A stretch of 63,528 bases of DNA, the filler included, from Nemertoderma westbladi (taxonomy: Eukaryota > Animalia > Xenacoelomorpha): NCBI GenBank assembly GCA_032718475.1. It is 3 parts of 3 records of this genome, joined end to end, with 100 filler letters (N's around TTAATTAATTAA, not from the genome) between each part and the next. Parts side by side here need not be neighbours in the genome. Positions count along the whole stretch, not along the records: positions 1 to 28,909 come from JAUCBJ010004116.1; 2 more parts are not named here. One strand, given 5' to 3'. How positions within the stretch are numbered: position 1 is the first letter of the stretch; each line of letters begins with the position of its first letter. Below are positions 12,683 to 21,571 of the stretch, piece by piece. A program made the translations under genes and the position numbers. Under the pieces are notes generated by a model. The model was not told the DNA's origin. It did no database searches and saw nothing but the letters and a program-made list of their open reading frames with translations.

Positions 12683-14167
12683 AAGTCACTCGACTGTCCG
12701 TCCCAAAGACTTAGATGTACTTCAGGTTTTCCTTGGAGAGTTAGGTTACTTTTACGATTGCGACTAGCTACTGTAAACACACCTTAGTAGTAACATTCGC
12801 CTATAAACTCACAAGTACCACACACACAACTTGTCACAAATTACACACACTCGGGTCACTTGTCCGTTAGTCAATGCCTTCCAGAATGTCACTGTATTAT
12901 TATGTATCCTTGGATACTATCAGTGCACTATTTATTCCCTATGCTATTCAATGGGACAAGCTTTCTATTGTTCTTTTAACTCAATTCTAATTCTAGCGTG
13001 GTTGTTGCTATGGTGACATTATGCAAAGCTAGCGGTAGAATTAGAGCAATTCCAATGCATACAGATCTGGGATGTTATTTAATAGTATTCTTTAATAGTC
13101 AATGTTCTGTTTTATACATGACTTTATGAATTTTATCGGCTATTGACTATGTTTGGGAGACTTTCGCACACTCATACACATAATAAGATAAATCTCCGCT
13201 CCCTTGATCTATTAATTAATGGAATTTTGGGAATGTTATAAATTGCGTAAAAATGGCAATTTATTAAATTCATTAAAAGGCATGAATTTAAATTTATTCC
13301 CTGAAATTTTATTATTTGATAATTAAATTGACATATTTTGATTCTAGAATATGTCTGGGGACACAAGATCCTTAATTCTATGACAATTGTCTTTTTAAGA
13401 ATATCGGTAAATGCTACGATATCTTAATTGACTAGAATTGCTGAAGGATCTGAATTTTACAGATTTTGATTTATTAGATTTGCAAATATTAAATAATTAA
13501 TATTTGAGATGGGCACCGATTTATTCCAGAACTTGTCTGGGGACGTTAACCACTGATTCTAGAATTTGTCTTTCAAGTATATCGGTGGGTGCCGCGATAT
13601 CTTAATCGACTAGAATTACAGATGGTCAAAGGGTTTAACAGATTTATTTTGCGTTATACGCTACTGTTAAAGGGACATCACGCTACTATATGTATTATTT
13701 AATATACGGTATGAGAGCAATATCGCACGAAGCAATGTCAGTGTGAAGAGGCAAGTCGTTTCCAAGGTCTACCCAGAGCTTGGTTTAGCCGAGACACGAG
13801 GATCTGAACTTTGCATTCCTAATACTCTGCCTACCAATAATACTTAAATATAGTAGTGGCTTTATTGTACTTTAATAAGTACGGACATTTCATCTTACTG
13901 TAGTTACGTATTTGTAATGTAATACGGACAGTAAGGAAAGAGAAAAAGAATTATTTCTTGCCGTCGCATTAAATATAATATATATGTAATTAAGTAATAA
14001 ACGCGAATATATATTGCACTAATCTACTAAATAATCGCTAAAATAACATTCTACTGAATAAAATTAAAGAAAACGATTATAATAAAATTACATAGTAATA
14101 CATACAGAAATATAAAAATAATAAAATAATATAAAATAATAGAGTCACACACCCACTCCATATGTTG

Positions 14168-16516
14168 TTACGTTATGGAGTCCCTAGATGTTTGAAGGAT
14201 TAGGGAGGTGGTCGTGGGAAGAGAATCTTGCCTTCCACAGTTTCCGGAGAGTCCTCCATTCCCTTCCGATAAACACAAACGACCGACTGGGTGATTGAGT
14301 CGCTGCATCCTGAATACAATTCCAGGTTTCCTCTTCGTCCTGGAATAGTGACGATAGAAACATCGCTCAAAGTATATGACGGCGTCACAAAGCCGATTCC
14401 AGGAGCTATAGTGGTCCGTCGCTCTCTGCAGGAGAGGTGAGAGTCCCTGCGAGACGTCTGATGTTCCAGAGCTCCAATCGCTCTCTCTGATCTTCATGAA
14501 GGATCCACTCGCGGAGGGGAGGCCCAGATCCACGGCGTCGTCCCTGGCAACATGTAATACCGACAGATCTATCCCGGGTTCAAATAACTCCGCTCCACCC
14601 GCCCGGGTTTTAGGTTTAACTTTCTCCGCTCCCTTGGCTGGTCTAATCTCAGTCGGAGTAAGATGGGGAGGCCATTCATCCTCCTTACTCAGGAAGTCGG
14701 GTTCACCTAACCGGTCTGTAGTATCTGTCAGTTCTTGAGGAGTTACTCCTCTGGAAGCGATGTCCGTTGGATTAAACTTCTTGGGACAATATCTCCATTG
14801 ATCTAAATTGGAGCTAATATCGTCATTATCTGAGGAGTATGGTGTTCCCTCAGTTGGGTCGTCTCCCTCACTAGTATCATCTTCCCATTTACTCCGCTGG
14901 CAGACGCGATCTTGAAGCAGTCTTTCTCTGAGCGTTCTACGGGAAGGTCCAGTAAGGTACCAACCTACTCTAGTTCTTACCGCATAGGGCTGAAGTGGTT
15001 GCGGTTGAGCAGGTCGTTTCTCTAATGTCTCCAGCGCCTCATGCGCGTTTTGGCCGATGAGTATTTGCACTCCAGGATAATCAGTCTGGAATCGAGGTAT
15101 GTTAAGATGTTGGATGCTCTCATCCTCGTCCCAATTATAAAGGTCTGCTTGAGTAGTAGCGAAGTTCTTTATAGCCACCATTTTCACTGACCTGATGCTA
15201 TGTTCTCCTAGTTCGTCCTGGGGGGTGGACAACTCACATATATAATAGTCGGCAGCTACAGTAGAATTCCAAACCTGCATGATCCCTGACAGGTTTAGCT
15301 TGGTTCGGAACTTGGGTTGTCCAGCAAAGATGACTTCGGCTAGTTCCCTATCGATGAATGTTCCTGTGCTACCGGAGTCCAGGAGGGCGTTCACTATATA
15401 GCTCTTCTGAGGTCCGTGGACCCGTAACTGGACTACAGGAAATTCTCGGATTCCTATATTGGAAGTTGGCGCTTTCCAAGATGGTTGTTGATCGGAAGTA
15501 GTTAAGGTAAGGTCGCTGTCTGTGTCTTTCTCATACACGAGTGCTCGATACACTGCGGTGGTGTTTATTAGGTAACAGGATTCGTTTTGGTCGGAGAACT
15601 CGTCCGTATAGAATCCTTCCATCTCAGATTGATCAGTGTCGTTCACATCACTGAATTGGACATGTAGTTCGGACTCACTTACCTGACTCGGGCTGTTTCG
15701 TTCGAATTCCGTGTGCAACAAGATATGATGTTTTGCGCCGCACTTTGCACACCTTGCGTCGGAGTTACAGGTTCGCCGTTGGTGTCCTCGTCTGAGGCAA
15801 TTATAACACAACCGCTTATCCCACATGACTTCACGTCTATCCTCGAGTGATTTCCTCAGGAATTTATCACACGCATTTAAACGGTGGGGCCCGTCGCACA
15901 GCACACATTTCGGCTTGATGTTACTTACTTTAACCTGTGCTATGTGGTGCACACTTGTTCTTTCCTCGGGCTTTCTCACCTGAATTCCTTTAGGAGACGT
16001 AGGAGGGGTTTTTTGTACCGGTTCCCTTCTGTCATTGGGTCGAGACTTGGATTTACTTACCTGTTCTTTAGGCATTTTATTGACATAATAAGGCCTGTCA
16101 GTGTCTTTCCCGCTGTCCTCTCCTTGAGAGGTTTGGCTTTCACCGTCGTCGGTATAACATACTGGTGTTACCCTTCTCCTAGAAACGGGTTTCTCACTTA
16201 CCTTGTTTTCCAATGTCTTCTCTCTGGACTGCCTTAGGAGCTGTAATTTCACTTCTCTATCTAAGAATGACATGAGATCAGTCATGGTAGGGTCTCGTCG
16301 TTGTTGTTCCATCATATATAACACCTTCTTATCCCAGCGTGTACCTACTCCACCCTTGGGCAAAGCAGATGCTAAGGCTCTTACAACCATAGAATTCTGG
16401 TATTCATGAGACTTACCTAGCCAATCTAATTGTCTACAGATCTCCTGAATCTCATCGGAAAACTCTATAATCCCGCTGCTAAGAAACTTTCGGGGCGCCA
16501 TTAATTTTGCATACAA
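14168..16516 (-). CDS. Element B Gag C-terminus, zinc knuckles, aspartic protease and pol remnants
   Basis: CVLCDGPHRLNAC, CYNCLRRGHQRRTC, CAKCGAKHHILLH; ALLDSGSTGTF; AVRTRVGWYLTGP; then WRYCPKKFNPTDIASRG (post-RNase H motif) and YSSWNRL. No YxDD or DDE motifs. Confidence 0.9.
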   Translation of the reverse strand: MYAKLMAPRKFLSSGIIEFSDEIQEICRQLDWLGKSHEYQNSMVVRALASALPKGGVGTRWDKKVLYMMEQQRRDPTMTDLMSFLDREVKLQLLRQSREKTLENKVSEKPVSRRRVTPVCYTDDGESQTSQGEDSGKDTDRPYYVNKMPKEQVSKSKSRPNDRREPVQKTPPTSPKGIQVRKPEERTSVHHIAQVKVSNIKPKCVLCDGPHRLNACDKFLRKSLEDRREVMWDKRLCYNCLRRGHQRRTCNSDARCAKCGAKHHILLHTEFERNSPSQVSESELHVQFSDVNDTDQSEMEGFYTDEFSDQNESCYLINTTAVYRALVYEKDTDSDLTLTTSDQQPSWKAPTSNIGIREFPVVQLRVHGPQKSYIVNALLDSGSTGTFIDRELAEVIFAGQPKFRTKLNLSGIMQVWNSTVAADYYICELSTPQDELGEHSIRSVKMVAIKNFATTQADLYNWDEDESIQHLNIPRFQTDYPGVQILIGQNAHEALETLEKRPAQPQPLQPYAVRTRVGWYLTGPSRRTLRERLLQDRVCQRSKWEDDTSEGDDPTEGTPYSSDNDDISSNLDQWRYCPKKFNPTDIASRGVTPQELTDTTDRLGEPDFLSKEDEWPPHLTPTEIRPAKGAEKVKPKTRAGGAELFEPGIDLSVLHVARDDAVDLGLPSASGSFMKIRESDWSSGTSDVSQGLSPLLQRATDHYSSWNRLCDAVIYFERCFYRHYSRTKRKPGIVFRMQRLNHPVGRLCLSEGNGGLSGNCGRQDSLPTTTSLILQTSRDSIT

Positions 16517-18173
16517 ATACCTCAGCTATGTCATTCCTATTACCATACCTGATGTTTAGTGTATCCCAAACTTGTCTTAATCCATCTGGATGTCCAATAA
16601 ATTTTAACGCCATTGACTTGGGAGGTCCTTCCAAACATTCGATGAGGAATCTAAGTTTCTCTCCGTTAGATAGTACAGAGTTCTGTATGTTATCTTTGTA
16701 ATATTCATTAAAAGGTAACCATTTCATCTCATCTCCATTGAACTTGACAATCTCTCCAACCTTTACCGCTTGCCGGGCTTCGGTTCTAGCCATTTGACGC
16801 GTAAAACTTTCTTGGGCCATCGTGCTATTTAATATCGAGTTATCGGTATATAAATTTCTCGGATTATGATCAGTTCTATAGGGAATATCATTATCAACAG
16901 GTCTATAATTACCCTTAATAGGGTTCACTATAGGAGTTTCTACTTCGCTAGCAGTATAAATGCGTGTAGGCTCCACACCTTGCGCATGAGATACTTCAGA
17001 CCTAACAGGTTGACACATTGTTACAGAGGGTGGTGGTATACCCTTTTTTAAGTTTACTAATTTATCGCGTTCTAACGCGATACTTTGCTGCACTTCTTGC
17101 AACTCTAACTTACTTTCCCTTACTGTGCCCTTGAACTGCTGGACAGTCTCCTGCATCTGTCCGAGCAGGATATCCATCCCCCGCCGTCTCTCGTCCACCC
17201 ATTCGACCACCGAAGCGGGAGTCGCCAACGTTGTAGCGGGCGGACGAGGGACAACGGGAGACAAATCTGGAATATTTCGCTCGGGGTCCAGGACCTGAAC
17301 TGTCTCCTGGGCAGTTCTACTGGGCACAGGTAGCTTAGTGCTATGTAGAGGGAATTTAGAGGTAGCTTCAGGGAGCACAGGTGTCTCTATCACCGAAGGG
17401 GTGATTTCAAGAACAGGTCCAATTATTTCAGGCTCATCTACTATAGGAGGGAGTCTTTCTACTCTAATTGGGTCTGAAGGCTCAGGATTACTTAGATCTA
17501 CACTAGCTAGTTGCCTTCTCACGGCTGTAGGCAAATCAGGCAATTTCTGCCAATGTAGCGCCCTTCTACGTCCGTTATAACGAGATTTATTTCTTCTGCC
17601 TTCAGGATCTGTTGTATCTCCTTCATCAGAGGATGTAAATCCCTGTCTCTTGGAAGTAGTCCGACTTATCAGCTGCATATCACTAGCCGTTATCTGCTTA
17701 TTTAAGTAATCGTGCTTCTCTTGAAGATTCTCCAACTCTAGTTGGACCTTTTCTTCAGATGCCCTCCGTTCCGCTTCTGCCACTGCCATTGCCGCTGCTG
17801 CTTTTGCCTTTGCCTCTGCTTCTGCTGCTGCCGCTTTTGCCTTTGCCGCTGCTATTGCTGCTGTCTTTCTGTCTTCTATCTGTTTTTTCTTCAACTGTTG
17901 TTCCCATTCTCTAACGATGCGGATTCTTTCATCAATTTCCGCTCTATTCGCTGCCAACATTTCCGCATCTATTGCGTCCAACACAAACTTGGCTCCTTCG
18001 CTATTAGGGTTAAGTCCCTCTAACCTTCTCCTCAATTCGTCATCACCTAAAAAACGTTGATAGTCTGACAGATAGATATCAATGGCATCCCTCTTATGCG
18101 GTTTCTCTGCTGTCGCTTCACTCTCCGTTGTATCTAGTAGACTGTCTGACAGGTTCTGCTTTGCGTCAGACAT
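16479..18173 (-). CDS. Element B Gag N-terminal part (coiled coil plus start of DUF1759-type domain)
   Basis: IVKFNGDEMKWLPFNEYYKDNIQNSVLSNGEKLRFLIECLEGPPK; continues in the +1 frame into 14168-16516. Confidence 0.88.
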   Translation of the reverse strand: MSDAKQNLSDSLLDTTESEATAEKPHKRDAIDIYLSDYQRFLGDDELRRRLEGLNPNSEGAKFVLDAIDAEMLAANRAEIDERIRIVREWEQQLKKKQIEDRKTAAIAAAKAKAAAAEAEAKAKAAAAMAVAEAERRASEEKVQLELENLQEKHDYLNKQITASDMQLISRTTSKRQGFTSSDEGDTTDPEGRRNKSRYNGRRRALHWQKLPDLPTAVRRQLASVDLSNPEPSDPIRVERLPPIVDEPEIIGPVLEITPSVIETPVLPEATSKFPLHSTKLPVPSRTAQETVQVLDPERNIPDLSPVVPRPPATTLATPASVVEWVDERRRGMDILLGQMQETVQQFKGTVRESKLELQEVQQSIALERDKLVNLKKGIPPPSVTMCQPVRSEVSHAQGVEPTRIYTASEVETPIVNPIKGNYRPVDNDIPYRTDHNPRNLYTDNSILNSTMAQESFTRQMARTEARQAVKVGEIVKFNGDEMKWLPFNEYYKDNIQNSVLSNGEKLRFLIECLEGPPKSMALKFIGHPDGLRQVWDTLNIRYGNRNDIAEVFVCKINGAPKVS

Positions 18174-19544
18174 GTTTGTGTGTACAGTTGAATGTCTACT
18201 GCTGTATTACAGTCTGAGCAAGTCTAGTAACTCAGTATTAACTGATAGCCTAGTAATTAATTACCGGTACTGCTACTCAGTGTAGCGTGATATATATAAT
18301 ATATTAGAATACCGGTATGCTTATAGTATATATAACTATTATTACAGACTAGGTTTATCACAGAATACCGGTATAATTTTAGCACAAATATATATAAATA
18401 TATAATAGGCCTATCGGGAATACCGGTATACAGCTTACAGTTTGTAGTATATATAATTCTGGACTAGAATTAATTACAAGTACCGGTATAATTTCAGCCT
18501 AAATTTATAGAAATAAAGATAATAGGCCTATTGTAAATACCGGTATATCAATTATTTTAAATAACTGAATTTCTGAATTTTAAGGGTTTACTTGGTTACT
18601 TTAACTTACTTTATTGCCGTTATTTAAGCAGTAGTCCAACTGATATTGAGACCTAATTGTTGTATGGTAGGCCTACTATTTATAAATCGTTAGATTTGAT
18701 TTATAATATATATATATACCCTTTTAATGGGTTTAGTCAATGTTTGAAATAAATGTTATTATTTCTGGGGAGTAATCACTACACAAAGCGGTGCGCTTTC
18801 AGTGAAGTGTTACTTATAGGACACTAAAACAAATAATTCTAATTTACCTAAGTTACTTAATTCTACAAATTACGTACAATTCGGGTGAGATTACAATCTC
18901 TAAATAAACACAAAATTTTACAAAAACACAAATACGAATTTTTAGGGTATTTTTACAAGAAGTCTACAAACCAGCCTAACAAAGGGTTAGAAAACCGGTT
19001 ATTACAACGGACAGGGTACTACGGTATTTGAAATAATAAGTAGTAGTAAATACACTGCGTTGTCTAGATAGGAAAATACCACCGCCTGACGACCTATAGC
19101 CGTATCGCTATAGGTTCTACGTTATGTATCACGGAGTGTTCCTACCTAGAAGTTAATAGAGCTAATCGAATGTGCCTATCAACCACTTTACAACACAAAT
19201 ATAATGTCTACAATAATTACTTCGGAAAGTACTGTACACTAAACCCTAAATTAGGTACGAGTACTTATATAACAGACAATCAGTAGTTAAATATACTTGA
19301 ACAGCTAAAAGAACCACGGCATCTGCTAGAGTGACCGATGCACAAAATCACCAGTCTTTACCTACGCCGAGCAGCCCGTGTAGTACCGGGGTTAATTTAA
19401 CTATAGCGGTATGTATAACAAACACAATTACTGTAGGAACAAACTTGGGGAATGAATGTTGCGGATAATCGCATAAACTCTGAATAATAAATATTACGCT
19501 ACGCGTACAAACTACTCAAACAAAATACAGACCGAACACTGACA

Positions 19545-20060
19545 GACTACTATCAAGCCTAAACAAACTACGGTATATGCAGACTCCGAAATGATTAGGG
19601 AGTATGCGCTCTAACCCAGTAGTGCGACTTATTCTTTAGTTGGGGGTTTACCTTACAGCGTTCGCTGCCCCTACTGCCTAACCGTACTTAATCGGACAGA
19701 TGATCTACACACGCGGCAATCCGTTCAGACCTAATAACAGCCAGACAACTATCCAGCCTACAAATTATCTAAATAAAATTATACGCTACCCGTACAGACT
19801 TACACAAACAAAGTACAGACTAAACGATGGCAGACCACTCTCAAGCCTAAATAAACCACAGGACATGCAGACTCCGAAATGATTAGGGAGTATGCGCTCT
19901 AACCCAGTAGTGCGACTTATTCTTTAGTTGGGGGATTACCTTACAGCGTTCGCTGCCCCTACTGCCTAATCGTACTTAATCGGACAGGTGATCTACACAC
20001 ACTGCAATTCGTTCAGACTTAACAGCAATCAGACAACAGCTCAGCCTACAACTTGTCTGT
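19545..20060 (-). repeat. Tandem duplication with 288-bp period in the leader of element B
   Basis: AGACTCCGAAATGATTAGGGAGTATGCGC at 19581 and 19869. Confidence 0.85.
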
Positions 20061-20314
20061 ACAATATGATCAGGCTTACACGCCTTCTGTTCAATACTGG
20101 CCTACAAATAAATAAAACTTGACAGAAATAAGTAAAAATCTCAATAAAAAACCAGGGCTGCAGTCCCTGATGAATTATTAAGGCCTACTGGTATATAACA
20201 ATCAAAATCGAATAATACGGCTGTAGGTACCGGTCCGGATGATCAGGCAGTCAGGCCTACTGGTTACCGGTCGACCGGTACTTTCGACTTTATTGCTTAC
20301 TGCAATAAAGAAGC

Positions 20315-20326
20315 TATATCCTTTAA
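20315..20326 (-). promoter_or_regulatory. Non-tRNA PBS-position sequence of B, complementary to its own LTR
   Basis: Sense TTAAAGGATATA abuts the 5' LTR; its perfect complement lies at 21112-21123 (and 10694-10705). Confidence 0.7.
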
Positions 20327-21566
20327 TGTTCGCGCTTTCAGACCTTTGGCAGTTTAACCCACCAAATTAAGATGTCTTCTAGATATTAAATCGGTTTTTA
20401 GTCTATGACAAGTATTTGATTCACTACACTAGTCGAAACCAATCTGTGCGCGATCATTCACCCGCTGGATATTCCCGGGAGATTGGGTTCGACGGTTTAA
20501 TTTTATTGCTATGTAAGCCTAATGTATTATTCGACTGACAGTACTATATAATCTCTGACAATATTATTCACCTTCGGTAATATTAACAGTTCCTTTAGGA
20601 CGTGGCGCTTTATCTACATAAACAGAGTTATGACTTAAACTACTCACAACGATATGGCTTAATTATAATTCACATATATGGCGCATTCTTTAGGAATTGC
20701 TTCTTTAACAGACTCACTCATACACAATGCTGCACAATACTGCACACTAATCTGCCAATCTTCACTGATTTTAATCACATATAAAAGGAACACAGACTGA
20801 CTCATGTAGGGTCTATCAAATAACATTAGATTCACTTCAAACCACTTTAATATAAGTCACAATCGTTTATCTGTAACCCTTCTCTCTTACCTTCGGTATA
20901 TCAAGAATATTGGGTTTCGGGGTTATTTATCGTTATTCCAAATATAATAATTCATCAACCATATTATGAAGAACTTGACGGTAAATGGCAGTATAAAACA
21001 ACAATGAAAACACTGATTGTTATGAGTTTGCAATGTTTCAGCAGTCAGTATGTATGATCAGTTAGCAGTGATTCCATGAGTTTGATCGGTATGTCAGTAC
21101 CGGTATGTCAGTTAAAGGATATATGCCCTTTATAATTAAACCTACTAGTGTAAGACTAAAAACTGAAAACACGGAGGTGCCAAAAGCCGGTTCTTAGGCT
21201 CTAGGCAAAAACATAACACTGAACTACTGAGTTTCTGTATATACCTCCAACACAAAGACAACAAACGCTCTGATTGGTCAACCTGAACAACGAGAGAACA
21301 GAGAAACAAAGAAACGTCGACGTGGCAATATCAGCTGCTAGCCGTCGTCATGGTAGCGACACTGTTTTCAAGAGTATCGAGCTTTTACGTCACGGAATTA
21401 CGGATTATGTCCTCTAAAGTACAAATACAGAAGAAATAGCTCTTTTGTCCGCTAAAACACCAGTACAGCAAGGACACGGCCTTTTTATGCCTGGTAAACC
21501 AACTACAGAGTACTTTACGGGAAAAATAAGGAAAAATAACCGGACAATTCAGTAAAAGCTTTTACA
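20327..21566 (-). repeat. 5' LTR of element B
   Basis: TG...CA, 1240 bp, with CCAAT and AATAAA on the sense strand. Confidence 0.93.
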
Positions 21567-21571
21567 GATGC

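Larger units (their letters stand above)
9910..21566 (-). mobile_element. Non-autonomous BEL/Pao-derived LTR element B (Gag and protease; no RT, RNase H or integrase core)
   Basis: LTRs 9910-11148 and 20327-21566 (about 3 differences seen), TSD GATGC (9905-9909, 21567-21571), purine tract GGGAGCGG before the 3' LTR, antisense to A. Confidence 0.93.
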
